Assembly (NCBI GenBank): GCA_035486275.1
Contig: DATHNG010000217.1
Location: forward strand, 1 to 63,377
Source of the DNA: Bacteroidia bacterium
Lineage (GTDB): Bacteria; Bacteroidota; Bacteroidia; JABEUT01
Direction of reading: 5' to 3'
DNA: 63,377 nucleotides
This document shows, piece after piece, positions 36,825-46,693 of this stretch. The position numbers and the translations under genes were made by a program. Position 1 is the stretch's first letter. Each line of letters begins with the position of its first letter. The notes beneath the pieces were generated by a model. That model was not told the origin of the DNA. It searched no databases and saw nothing but the letters and a program-made list of their open reading frames with translations.

Positions 36825-38891
36825 CTACTTAAGCATCATAACCCAGCTCCTCAGGTTGAAATACTCACCTTTACCTGAAGTATACTGAATATGGTATATG
36901 TATACACCTTCTTCTACCAGTTTGCCATGGTATGTACCATCCCATCCTTGTGTAGGGTCAGTAGTTTCAAATATCAATTGGCCCCAACGGTCATAAATAG
37001 TAAAGTCGTAGTTCTGAAGATCGACAAATACACCAACAGGTATAAATACCTTGTTAACCCCTTTAGGGTTAAATGCATTAGGCACATACACTCTTGGATC
37101 CTGGTAGGCAATGGCTATGTTAGAAGTACTGGTATCGGGAGGCAGATTATACGGTGTACCTTGCTCAACTGCTTGTACATAGTAGCCAAATACTCCCTGC
37201 CCGGTAATAATTGCACTCACATTATCGGTATAGCTAAGTGTAGTTCCTGAAACCGATGTAATTTGCGAATATGGCCCACCATCTTCATCACGGTAAATAT
37301 CATACTTCCTGATAACATTTCCTAGGCCCCAGTCTGCATAGGCATTCCAATTAAGTGTATTGGTACCTGAATTATCACCGGTTGCGGTAAGGTAAATAGT
37401 TTGCCCTATTTGAGTTGAATCTGTAATAAAATTACAACTGTCTTGCGCAAATACCTTGTATGTGTAGCTTTGAATATTCGGGTTAGCCGAAGGGTCAACA
37501 AAACTATAGAATACCGTGTGAGGAGCTGCTGTAACTGTTCCTACATATACAGGTTTGTCTCCCGGGGCATCGGTACGTTCAATAATATTTTCTTCTATCC
37601 CTGCACCTGTATCTATATACCAGTTTACCTGGTTCTGGGTCGAATTATTAATTACGGTTGCTACACGCATGTAATCAAACTTTGGTGGCGGCGGGGTTGT
37701 TACCTGATAGCAAACAATATTTGATGATGCCGTTATACTATGATTGGCTGAGTCTACAGCCACTACAAAATAACAGATTGTTTCTGACTGCCTGAGGCCT
37801 GTATCCATATAATCCAAAGTATCTGAACATGTAGTCAAAAGTGTAAATGGAGCACCGTTTATACTTGAATAAATTTCATATTCATATAAATTATACTTAC
37901 CACCCCCTGTAACAGGAGGCTCATCTACGTATGCACTCCATTTTAATTCATTATTGTGCGAACATGGATTTGGGTTTTGTTGCAAGTAAATTGTTTTTTG
38001 TGCCCCATCTAAAGGACTTACATTATTACAACTATCAAAACCGGCAACCCGGAAACTTAATGAACCTGTACCGGGAGAAGCTCCCGTTAAGTTATAAAAG
38101 GTGCTGTTCAAACCATTTACTGTATCAATAACAGTCCATATGTTAGCAATATATTCATATATATAATATCCAACTACATTTTGAGAAGAGCTGGGGAACC
38201 ATGATATTTCCACGTTTCCTCCAGGTCCTACACTAACTGAATCCATTACTGGCGAAGCGCTAGCAATATTATCCTGAAAAGTACCGCCTGCCCAGTTTGA
38301 AGATGATTGGCACCCAGTTGAATCGTTGGCCACGATCCTATATTTTAAGGCTGCAGTACAGTAGGTGATTGTATCTGAATAATTCAACGATTTCGTAGAA
38401 TCTAATAAAGTCCATGTATATTTATATTCTCTATAGATATAGTACCAGCCATTAAAAGTTGACAGATTAGGAGTGTACATAGGTGTCCACTTTAATAGAG
38501 CAACACCACCGCCATTAGCAACACTCAGAAAAATACTTTCCGCTGTATCGCTCGAAGTTGAAACAGTACCCGAGGTCGTTGTAGTATAAAAATAATAAGG
38601 AACCGTACTGGCATTAATTGAATTAATGGTTACTGAGTTTTGATTGTCTGGTGAAACGTTTGCACTATTTGTATAACCAGCTGGTCTGGTTTTAGAAGTA
38701 TAGATGTTATATGATATAAAACTATTGTTAGTATCATTAGGAATTGCCCAGGTAACAGTAGCAGCGCCAGCTGAATCAATAGCAATGCAGTGAATTACCG
38801 GTGCCAATATCTGCGCGTTAACACACTTGTTGCTTGCCAATAGGCTAAATATCCCAACAAACAGACTTATTATATGTTTTACCTTAACCAA
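36825..38891 (-). CDS. large secreted protein with T9SS type B (gliding motility-associated) C-terminal domain
   Basis: The tail is VYVPNAFNPKGVNKVFIPVG...FTIYDRWGQLIFET...GWDGTYHGKLVEEGVYIYHIQY. This matches the CHU_C / TIGR04131-type CTD. Confidence 0.85.
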   Translation of the reverse strand: MVKVKHIISLFVGIFSLLASNKCVNAQILAPVIHCIAIDSAGAATVTWAIPNDTNNSFISYNIYTSKTRPAGYTNSANVSPDNQNSVTINSINASTVPYYFYTTTTSGTVSTSSDTAESIFLSVANGGGVALLKWTPMYTPNLSTFNGWYYIYREYKYTWTLLDSTKSLNYSDTITYCTAALKYRIVANDSTGCQSSSNWAGGTFQDNIASASPVMDSVSVGPGGNVEISWFPSSSQNVVGYYIYEYIANIWTVIDTVNGLNSTFYNLTGASPGTGSLSFRVAGFDSCNNVSPLDGAQKTIYLQQNPNPCSHNNELKWSAYVDEPPVTGGGKYNLYEYEIYSSINGAPFTLLTTCSDTLDYMDTGLRQSETICYFVVAVDSANHSITASSNIVCYQVTTPPPPKFDYMRVATVINNSTQNQVNWYIDTGAGIEENIIERTDAPGDKPVYVGTVTAAPHTVFYSFVDPSANPNIQSYTYKVFAQDSCNFITDSTQIGQTIYLTATGDNSGTNTLNWNAYADWGLGNVIRKYDIYRDEDGGPYSQITSVSGTTLSYTDNVSAIITGQGVFGYYVQAVEQGTPYNLPPDTSTSNIAIAYQDPRVYVPNAFNPKGVNKVFIPVGVFVDLQNYDFTIYDRWGQLIFETTDPTQGWDGTYHGKLVEEGVYIYHIQYTSGKGEYFNLRSWVMMLK

Positions 38892-38965
38892 TAGAATACG
38901 GAATAATAAACGAAGTTACGAAAATAATGCATTGAGATTACCCTTAAAACGGCTAAATAGCTCAA

Positions 38966-39988
38966 TTATTGCGCATTATATTCCTTAACTGCATCCACAA
39001 AGCACTTTACATGGTCCACAGGTGTATCGGGATAAACACCATGCCCGAGGTTAGCTATATAACCCTGGGTTCCGAATGATTTGATCATTGTATGGGTGGC
39101 TTTACGAATGGAAGCCACATCGGAATAGAGTAAACAAGGGTCCATATTGCCTTGCAATGTTTTATTTCCGAATATTTTTCTTGCTTCAACCGGATTGATT
39201 GCCCAATCAAGGCCTATTACCCTGCAATTAAGCTTTGCCAGCTGTTCACTCGCAAAGTAGGCCCCTTTAGGGAAAGCTGTAACCGGAACAAGCGGGCTCA
39301 ACTCATCCACAATAAGGGCAATATACTTAAGCGAAAACTCATAATAAGTATCATACCCTAAAATTCCACCCCATGAGTCAAATATCTGAACCAGGTCAGC
39401 GCCTGCCTTAACCTGGTCTTTAAGGTAATGTATTGTCGTTTCTGTAATTTTTTCAAGTAGTTTATGCGCTAAGGCCGGCTCACTGAATATCATTCTTTTT
39501 GCCACTGAAAATGTCTTGGAACCGCTTCCTTCGGTCATATATGCAAATATGGTCCAGGGGCTACCTGCAAAACCAAGTAATGGAAGTTTATCGCCCAATT
39601 CTTTGCGGGTAAGCTTCAGGGCATTAACCACGTAATCCCAGTTTTCGGTTGTTCCAATACGCAATGCCTCAATATCCTTAGCCGATTTTATTGTCTTTTC
39701 AAAATGAGGGCCCTTACTCTCAAGCATTTCGTAAGGCAAGCCCATTGCTTCGGGTATTACTAAAATGTCGGAGAAAATAATTGCCGCATCTACACCAAGC
39801 ACGTTAACCGGCTCCAACGTAACCTCGCAAGCCAGCTCGGGTGTTTTTACCAATTCAGTAAAGTCTTTAACCGATGCGCGTACCTTTCTGTATCCCGGCA
39901 ATATACGCCCGGCCTGGCGCATAAGCCATACAGGCACCCTTTTTGTTCCTTCACCTCTTGCTGCTTTCAGCAGTAAATCATTCTGCAT
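38966..39988 (-). CDS. hemE: uroporphyrinogen decarboxylase
   Basis: [16 protein letters not shown] at the N-terminus is the HemE signature. The length, 340 aa, also fits. Confidence 0.95.
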   Translation of the reverse strand: MQNDLLLKAARGEGTKRVPVWLMRQAGRILPGYRKVRASVKDFTELVKTPELACEVTLEPVNVLGVDAAIIFSDILVIPEAMGLPYEMLESKGPHFEKTIKSAKDIEALRIGTTENWDYVVNALKLTRKELGDKLPLLGFAGSPWTIFAYMTEGSGSKTFSVAKRMIFSEPALAHKLLEKITETTIHYLKDQVKAGADLVQIFDSWGGILGYDTYYEFSLKYIALIVDELSPLVPVTAFPKGAYFASEQLAKLNCRVIGLDWAINPVEARKIFGNKTLQGNMDPCLLYSDVASIRKATHTMIKSFGTQGYIANLGHGVYPDTPVDHVKCFVDAVKEYNAQ

Positions 39989-40081
39989 ATATTTCCTTTA
40001 TAAAGCGGCACAAACTTATCTATTTTAAGCAGATAAAAGCGTAATTTTGCATACTCAAATCTGATACACGTATTTAACAAT

Positions 40082-42301
40082 ATGGAAGCTGCTACACCAT
40101 CAAGCCCTGTAATTAATCTTGAACAGGAGAAGAAAGAAATACTGAACCGTTACCGGAGCCTGTTACGTGCATCGCGCCGCAAGTTCGATGAAGATGACAA
40201 GAAGCTTATCCGCAAAGCATTTAACGTTGCTGTAGAAGCACATAAAGATGCCCGCCGCAAGTCAGGTGAACCATATATATATCACCCTATTGCAGTAGCC
40301 CGCATTGCCGCTGAAGAAATTGGCCTGGGGGCAACCGCTATAGCTTGTGCTTTACTGCATGATGTAGTTGAAGATACAGATATTACCCTCAAGGACATTG
40401 AAGGAATGTTTGGTAAAAAAGTCGCATCTATTATAGATGGACTTACTAAAATATCAGGAGTGTTTGATGCCTCTTCTTCATTGCAGGCTGAGAACTTCCG
40501 TAAAATGTTACTTACCCTTGCCGACGATGTAAGGGTAATACTGATCAAACTTGCTGACAGGCTGCATAATATGCGCACCTTGGAATCAATGGAAAGAACC
40601 AAGCAATTAAAAATTGCCTCTGAAACTCTTTACCTTTATGCTCCTCTGGCTCACCGCCTTGGTTTGAACAATATTAAAACAGAACTGGAAGACCTGGGTT
40701 TAAAATATACAGAACCTGAAATATATAATGACATTGATCAGAAACTTAAAGATACCCAGGCTGAGCGTGCCCGGTATATACATCGCTTTATTGTTCCATT
40801 GCGCGATGTGCTGCATGAGCAGAGCTTAAAGTTCAGAATATTCGGAAGGCCTAAATCGGTATACTCTATCTGGCATAAGATGAAGACCAAGAATGTACCA
40901 TTTGAAGAGGTATATGACATTTTTGCTATCCGGGTAATTATTGATTCACCGCCGGAACGGGAAAAAGCTGACTGCTGGAGGGTGTATTCTATTGTAACTG
41001 ATTTCTACTACCCTAATCCTGACAGATTGCGTGACTGGGTTTCGACCCCGAAGGCTAACGGGTATGAGGCCTTGCATACTACAGTAATGGGGCCAAATGG
41101 ACAATGGGTAGAAGTACAGGTACGCAGTGAACGGATGAATGAAGTAGCTGAAAAAGGTTACGCAGCGCACTGGAAATACAAGCAAGGCCAGGGCCATGTG
41201 GAAGACCCACTGGAAGAATGGCTGAGAAAGATACGTGAGTCATTATCGAACCCGGATAGCAATGCACTGGATTTTATTGATGATTTTAAGCTTAACCTTT
41301 TTGCTGATGAGATATTTGTATTTACGCCTAAAGGAGAAATGCGTTCCATGCCGGTAAATTCAACCGCGCTTGATTTTGCATTCGATGTTCATTCTGAAAT
41401 AGGTGCAAAATGCATTGGTGCTAAGGTGAATCATAAACTTGTTCCGCTAAGTCATAAGCTTAATAGCGGCGACCAGGTAGAACTTCTTACATCGAACAAG
41501 CAAACCCCCAAGCTCGATTGGATGAACTTTGTTGTTACGGCAAAAGCAAAATCGCGCATTAAGGAATTTCTAAAGGAAGAAAAAACAAAACAGATCGATA
41601 CAGGAAGGGAAGAGCTTAAAAAGAAAATGCATCACTTAAAGCTCGAATTCAATGATACGTCTGTTAAGCGCCTTGCTGCTTTTTTAAAATTACCTGATAC
41701 AAATGAACTGCTTTACCGGGTGGCTTTAGGCAATATCACCAATAAAGAGCTGAAAGAGTTTGTTAAGGTTAAGGACCAAAAGATAGAACCACACGTGCCT
41801 GCACAAACACTTGAACAACTTGTATCGAACAAGCGTGGCAAGTCAGACTTCTTAGTAATTGGCGACAACCTTGATAATCTCGAATATAAGCTCTCTCCTT
41901 GTTGTAGCCCGATTCCGGGTGATGACGTTTTTGGCTTTATTACCATTCACGAAGGTATTAAGATACACCGCGTAAATTGTCCGAATGCAATTGAGTTAAT
42001 GTCAAACTACGCATATCGCATTGTTAAGGCAAAATGGACCAGCCAGAAACTTATATCATTCCTTGCGGGTATTAAAGTTATTGGCATTGATAAATTAGGC
42101 CTGGTAAATGGTGTTACCCAAATTATATCAAACGAACTGAACGTAAATATGCGTTATATCAGTTTCGATACTAATGACGGTACGTTTGAAGGTAATATAA
42201 TGGTATTTGTGCACGATACGGCTCACTTAACCAGCCTTATGAAGAAGCTGGAAAAGGTAGACGGTGTAATTAAAGTAACAAGAGTAGATACTAACCAGTA
42301 A
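40082..42301 (+). CDS. spoT: bifunctional (p)ppGpp synthetase/hydrolase, RelA/SpoT family
   Basis: It has the HD hydrolase motif ALLHDVVEDT and a synthetase region (RPKSVYSIWHKM...YEALHTTV). TGS and C-terminal ACT-like domains are also present. Confidence 0.93.
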   Translation: MEAATPSSPVINLEQEKKEILNRYRSLLRASRRKFDEDDKKLIRKAFNVAVEAHKDARRKSGEPYIYHPIAVARIAAEEIGLGATAIACALLHDVVEDTDITLKDIEGMFGKKVASIIDGLTKISGVFDASSSLQAENFRKMLLTLADDVRVILIKLADRLHNMRTLESMERTKQLKIASETLYLYAPLAHRLGLNNIKTELEDLGLKYTEPEIYNDIDQKLKDTQAERARYIHRFIVPLRDVLHEQSLKFRIFGRPKSVYSIWHKMKTKNVPFEEVYDIFAIRVIIDSPPEREKADCWRVYSIVTDFYYPNPDRLRDWVSTPKANGYEALHTTVMGPNGQWVEVQVRSERMNEVAEKGYAAHWKYKQGQGHVEDPLEEWLRKIRESLSNPDSNALDFIDDFKLNLFADEIFVFTPKGEMRSMPVNSTALDFAFDVHSEIGAKCIGAKVNHKLVPLSHKLNSGDQVELLTSNKQTPKLDWMNFVVTAKAKSRIKEFLKEEKTKQIDTGREELKKKMHHLKLEFNDTSVKRLAAFLKLPDTNELLYRVALGNITNKELKEFVKVKDQKIEPHVPAQTLEQLVSNKRGKSDFLVIGDNLDNLEYKLSPCCSPIPGDDVFGFITIHEGIKIHRVNCPNAIELMSNYAYRIVKAKWTSQKLISFLAGIKVIGIDKLGLVNGVTQIISNELNVNMRYISFDTNDGTFEGNIMVFVHDTAHLTSLMKKLEKVDGVIKVTRVDTNQ

Positions 42302-42303
42302 AC

Positions 42304-42555
42304 TTAGTTGGCTTTAATAGTAAAATGAAAGCTTTCCATAATAGGGTTAGCCAATAACTTCTTGCAAGCTTCTTCCACTTTCTCTTTTGCTGTTTCTTCC
42401 GATGCAGCCTCTACTTCAACGGTAATGTGTTTACCTACCCTGACATTTGCAAGTTCACCGAGGCCAATGTTTTTAAGCACTCCGGTTACTGCTCTGCCCT
42501 GAGGGTCTAACAATGCCTTCAATGGCATTACATCTATTTCAGCTACAAATTTCAT
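42304..42555 (-). CDS. purS: phosphoribosylformylglycinamidine synthase subunit PurS
   Basis: The protein is 83 aa. It carries LLDPQGRAV and GKHITVEVEA motifs. Confidence 0.9.
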   Translation of the reverse strand: MKFVAEIDVMPLKALLDPQGRAVTGVLKNIGLGELANVRVGKHITVEVEAASEETAKEKVEEACKKLLANPIMESFHFTIKAN

Positions 42556-42626
42556 ATCTATAATATTGGGCAGCTAAATTACAATAATCAGTCAATACTC
42601 TGAATCATTTTACTAACAGATGTAGA

Positions 42627-42658
42627 ATAAAATCAAAAGGAGCCAATTGGCTCCTTTT
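42627..42658 (-). terminator. rho-independent terminator of the T9SS gene 42685..43968
   Basis: The sequence is aaaaggagcc-aatt-ggctcctttt, with a T-run on the minus strand (ttttgatttt). It is symmetric, so it could also act on the plus strand. Confidence 0.8.
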
Positions 42659-42684
42659 GATTTTATGTTATACAAAACCGCTTA

Positions 42685-43968
42685 TTACTCAATGATCATT
42701 TTCTTTGTTTCCTTCACACCATTTACATTAAACGTATAGAAATATACGCCTGGTTTAAATTGTCCCGCATCAAGCAAAATCTGATGCTTGCCAGGCGTAG
42801 CTCCTGCATACGTATTATTAACCAGCTGTCTGCCGGTAATATCATTCACCGTAAAAATAATGTCTGCCGGTTTCACTAAACTGTAATCTATCTCGGTAAC
42901 TTTATTGAAAGGATTCGGGAAGTTTTGTGAAACAGAAGCACCTTCACTTGAAATATTACTTATACCGGTAACATTACTGAATGAAATGCTTGCAAAAATT
43001 CCAACGTCTTGCCAGTAAAAGTATTCGGTATCAGTGCCACATAAGTTCCATTCGTCATTATCAAATGGACCGCCTCCGTATACACTAAGGTCGCCTTTTT
43101 GATTACCGCTATCATTTGGCCAGGTAACTGGCGCAAACGTAGGGTACTCATAATATTCCCAACCGGTAACAAAGCTGTTACATGCCGGGGTTGGGCCAAA
43201 TGCAGGGCCTATATATGTAAAACCATCTGCATAGGGATATCCTGAGCTGGAACAGGTTGCAGTAGGAAAGGCGTAACAAAATGCCAACGTATCGGTTTTA
43301 GCGCCTGAAAACTGGAGCGTAACTGCAAACTTAGTACCACTAAGCAAAGTAAAATTGGGTATAACACCAATTTGATAGATAGTATCCAGGTTATTACCCG
43401 GCAATATCACTCCCTGGTTCAATACTACAGAATATGTAGCTAGTACAGTTGGACCGGGATACCCGCTAGGCAATACATTAGTAATAATAAATTCAGCTGT
43501 ATCGTTAAGGCCTGATGTGTTCTTATATAGCACAGGCGCAATAAGTGTATCTATAATAACCGAACCAGCCGCTGCACTATACGCAGTATTGGATGAGTTG
43601 TTATAATCAATAATAGTATCGAACGCCACAGTACAGCTATGGTTCAGGTCATAGTTCTCAGTAGTACCTGTTCCTGTATCCTGTATAGTCCACCACCTGT
43701 TTATGTATTCAACATTCCAACCACTTGCCAGTGAATAAGATGTCTGAATCATGGCTTCTGTATTTGGGTACTGAATTGACGCTGTGGTCAGAGCCATTGG
43801 TCGTTTAGTATTATTCGCACTTTCGTTTACAAAGTAGCGTTTTGGAGAAACTGCCTTTACTTGTTTTTGTTTCATGTGCTTCATACTGCGAACGGTACTT
43901 TGTGCTGAAAGGCCTAAAGCACAAAGTGTAAAAGCAGTAATCAAAATTGGGGTGTTGATTTTTTTCAT
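42685..43968 (-). CDS. secreted protein with T9SS type A C-terminal sorting domain
   Basis: The track ORF begins at a TTG (43995), so I trimmed it to ATG MKKINTPILITAFTLCALGLSAQ (CAT 43966-43968). The tail NFPNPFNKVTEIDYSL...FTVNDITGRQL...GVYFYTFNVNG...KKMIIE is a type A CTD. Confidence 0.8.
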   Translation of the reverse strand: MKKINTPILITAFTLCALGLSAQSTVRSMKHMKQKQVKAVSPKRYFVNESANNTKRPMALTTASIQYPNTEAMIQTSYSLASGWNVEYINRWWTIQDTGTGTTENYDLNHSCTVAFDTIIDYNNSSNTAYSAAAGSVIIDTLIAPVLYKNTSGLNDTAEFIITNVLPSGYPGPTVLATYSVVLNQGVILPGNNLDTIYQIGVIPNFTLLSGTKFAVTLQFSGAKTDTLAFCYAFPTATCSSSGYPYADGFTYIGPAFGPTPACNSFVTGWEYYEYPTFAPVTWPNDSGNQKGDLSVYGGGPFDNDEWNLCGTDTEYFYWQDVGIFASISFSNVTGISNISSEGASVSQNFPNPFNKVTEIDYSLVKPADIIFTVNDITGRQLVNNTYAGATPGKHQILLDAGQFKPGVYFYTFNVNGVKETKKMIIE

Positions 43969-44116
43969 AGTTTTTATTTTTAGTTTAATTGCCAAGGTTG
44001 TGATGATTTGACGATTTAACAGAGAAAAACTTGTGCCATTTCATCGAAATACAAATTTGACAGTAATAGTTAATCAAAACAACACAATTACGTATTATTT
44101 TTCAACAGCTTTATAT

Positions 44117-44145
44117 TTCTATTGATAATAACAATAAAACACAAT
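44117..44145 (+). repeat. 29-nt AT-rich conserved box, copy H1
   Basis: The sequence is ttctattgataataacaataaaacacaat. It matches 60023-60051 at 28 of 29 positions. Confidence 0.7.
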
Positions 44146-44163
44146 AAAAAAAATTGAATCCTT

Positions 44164-44847
44164 CTAAATTTGAAACTCTACGTAATGTATCTTCTTACCC
44201 ATTTTCAGAAATGTGCTTTCGTAATAGGTTTGTATTTCACTGAGTAAAACGTATCTGTTCTCGCCAAGTTTTTCTGAATGAGCATATACATCATCAGATT
44301 CTGCAAGAAGTTTGTATTTATGTTCCGCTACCTGTTCCATAGCAAACTGGTATAAGCCTTCATTATCTGTTTTTAAATGAATTATAGCTCCTGGTTTGGT
44401 GAGATTACGATACCGCATTACAAAGGAGTGAGACATTAATCTTTTCTCTGTCTTGCCTTCTCTCGGATATGGATCAGGAAATGGTATCCATATTTCACTT
44501 ACCTCGCCCGGGCTAAAATACGACTCAATAAAATCAATGCGGTTACGTACAAAGGCCACGTTATTCATTTTGTTTTCAAAAGCAATTTTAGCGCCTCTCC
44601 ATAAGCGGGCTCCTTTAATATCCATACCAATAAAATTCTTATCAGGAAACCGCTTTGCCAAACCAACCGTATATTCTCCTTTACCACAACCCAGTTCAAG
44701 AATAATTGGATTGTTATTTTTAAAATACTCAGCATTCCACTTGCCCTTAAGCGGAAAATTAACCTTTCCTTCTACTAATTCTGTTGGTTGAAATACATTG
44801 GAAAAAGTAGCTACTTCAGCAAATCTCTTTAATTTATTGTGCCCCAC
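44164..44847 (-). CDS. trmB: tRNA (guanine46-N7)-methyltransferase
   Basis: It has a GTG start and the N-terminus MGHNKLKRFAE. The SAM motif is ILELGCGKGEYTV, followed by IWIPFPDP. Confidence 0.9.
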   Translation of the reverse strand: MGHNKLKRFAEVATFSNVFQPTELVEGKVNFPLKGKWNAEYFKNNNPIILELGCGKGEYTVGLAKRFPDKNFIGMDIKGARLWRGAKIAFENKMNNVAFVRNRIDFIESYFSPGEVSEIWIPFPDPYPREGKTEKRLMSHSFVMRYRNLTKPGAIIHLKTDNEGLYQFAMEQVAEHKYKLLAESDDVYAHSEKLGENRYVLLSEIQTYYESTFLKMGKKIHYVEFQI

Positions 44848-44948
44848 TTTTAAATACTGTTGAATTTTGAATGCCTAATTTTTAATGAATACAATAACAA
44901 AACCATTACTTAACTATTGAATACGGCAGTTTCATTTACCACTCAACA

Positions 44949-45881
44949 TTAAGCCTTAATATGTTGAAGCATGTCCTTTGTCATTTCCGGCAGGTCGTAT
45001 GTATGTTTCCATCCCCAATGTTCACGGGCCGGCGAATCATCAATACTTTGTGGCCAGCTATCAGCAATAGGTTGGCGATAATCAGGCTTATATGTTATAG
45101 TGAACTCCGGAATATGTTTTTTTATTTCAGCAGCTATTTCTTTAGGTGAAAAACTCATCCCCGCCAAATTGTAACTCGAACGGATCTTTACTTTATCCGG
45201 TGATACCTGCATAAGGCCTATAGTAGCTTTTAATGCATCACTCATATACATCATTGGCAAAGTAGTGTTTTCTTTCAGAAAACATTCATACTTTTTGTTC
45301 TTTATGGCTTCATGAAAAATATGAACCGCATAGTCTGTTGTTCCTCCACCCGGTGCAGATTGCCAACCTATAAGGCCAGGATAGCGTACACTTCTTATAT
45401 CAATCCCATACCTGTTATGATAATATTCGCACCAGCGTTCGCCAGCCTGTTTGCTTATACCGTATACAGTACTCGGTTCCATTATAGTATACTGGGGGGT
45501 ATTTTTTTTCGGAGTATTAGGCCCAAAAACAGCAATAGAACTTGGCCAGAACATTTTATCAATTACCTTTTCACGCATTAGTTCAAGCACACTCAGCAGG
45601 CCTTCCATATTAAGCTTCCACCCCTTTTCAGGGTATTGTTCAGCCGTAGCAGAAAGTAAGGCTGCAAGGTGGTATACTTCTTTTATATTATGCTTTTTAA
45701 TTATCTCAACCAGTCGCTTCGTGTCCAACACATCAAGTGTTTCAAAAGCACAATCAATAGTATCATTATGCTTTATATCTGAAGCTACTATTTTATCATT
45801 CCCCAGTGTTTTACACAATTCCTGTACCAGTTCATGCCCTATTTGTCCTCCGGCCCCTATTACCAGTGTTTTAGTATCCAT
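44949..45881 (-). CDS. tdh: SDR/epimerase-fold L-threonine 3-dehydrogenase
   Basis: It has the VIGAGGQIGHEL Rossmann motif, a YGISK catalytic YxxxK and APGGGTTDYAV. I associate this combination with UDP-glucose-epimerase-like TDH. An alternative call is a generic NAD-dependent epimerase/dehydratase. Confidence 0.7.
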   Translation of the reverse strand: MDTKTLVIGAGGQIGHELVQELCKTLGNDKIVASDIKHNDTIDCAFETLDVLDTKRLVEIIKKHNIKEVYHLAALLSATAEQYPEKGWKLNMEGLLSVLELMREKVIDKMFWPSSIAVFGPNTPKKNTPQYTIMEPSTVYGISKQAGERWCEYYHNRYGIDIRSVRYPGLIGWQSAPGGGTTDYAVHIFHEAIKNKKYECFLKENTTLPMMYMSDALKATIGLMQVSPDKVKIRSSYNLAGMSFSPKEIAAEIKKHIPEFTITYKPDYRQPIADSWPQSIDDSPAREHWGWKHTYDLPEMTKDMLQHIKA

Positions 45882-46129
45882 ACGTTGTGTTTATAAAAGA
45901 GGTGTGCGAAAGTAGTAAATTTTGTAAGGGTTTTAGCATTCAATAGCTTTTAAAGGCATTTTTAGCAGCTTTGGTTCATATCTGAAGAGAGACAAGAGTG
46001 ATAAATATAAATTATTGATTGTCAAACACATGAACAGTATTCCAATTTAATTACTCCCGGCCCCAACCCTTTAACTTAACTTCACGTATTAGTTATTAAA
46101 TTGATTTAAAGAGTTTTGTATTACCCCCA

Positions 46130-46693
46130 ATGAACGTAGAAGTAGACCTGATAACAGCCTGCATACGAAAAGAACGCAAAGCACAATACGAGCTCTATAA
46201 ACAGACATATAGGTACCTGATGAGTATTTGCATACGATACAGTAAATCATACGAAGAAGCACAGGAAGCTTTAAATACTGGTTTTATGAAAATATTGAGC
46301 AACCTTGAAAAATACCAGTCCAACGTTCCATTTAAAGCATGGATACGCAGGGTACAGATCAACGTACTTATTGATGAATACCGTAAGCAAAAAAAACATA
46401 TTGATAATATAAAGTATGTAGAAGACTTTGAAGAATTACCTGTGGCGGCCGCATTGAATGATGCTATTGCAAAAATGGATGTGGAAGAAATTCACAAGCT
46501 GATAGTACAACTACCCCCAATGAGCCAGAAGGTATTTAACTTATATGTAATTGACGGATTTGAACACAAGGAAATTGCGGGCATGCTTGGAATAAGTGAA
46601 GGCACTTCGAAGTGGCACTTACATTCTTCAAGAGAACAATTAAAAGTTATGCTAAATAAAATGGCATTTGCAGTTAAATCATTACTATTATAA
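46130..46693 (+). CDS. ECF-type RNA polymerase sigma-70 family factor
   Basis: The 187-aa size fits. Region 2 reads FKAWIRRVQINVLIDEYRK. The region 4 HTH reads FEHKEIAGMLGISEGTSKWHLHSSREQL. Confidence 0.9.
   Translation: MNVEVDLITACIRKERKAQYELYKQTYRYLMSICIRYSKSYEEAQEALNTGFMKILSNLEKYQSNVPFKAWIRRVQINVLIDEYRKQKKHIDNIKYVEDFEELPVAAALNDAIAKMDVEEIHKLIVQLPPMSQKVFNLYVIDGFEHKEIAGMLGISEGTSKWHLHSSREQLKVMLNKMAFAVKSLLL

Noticed and set aside
46065-46088. ECF-type promoter AACC-N16-CGTA upstream of the sigma gene
   Set aside because: It is not listed as a feature because the match is short and could arise by chance. It is mentioned only as a testable idea under the ECF operon finding.
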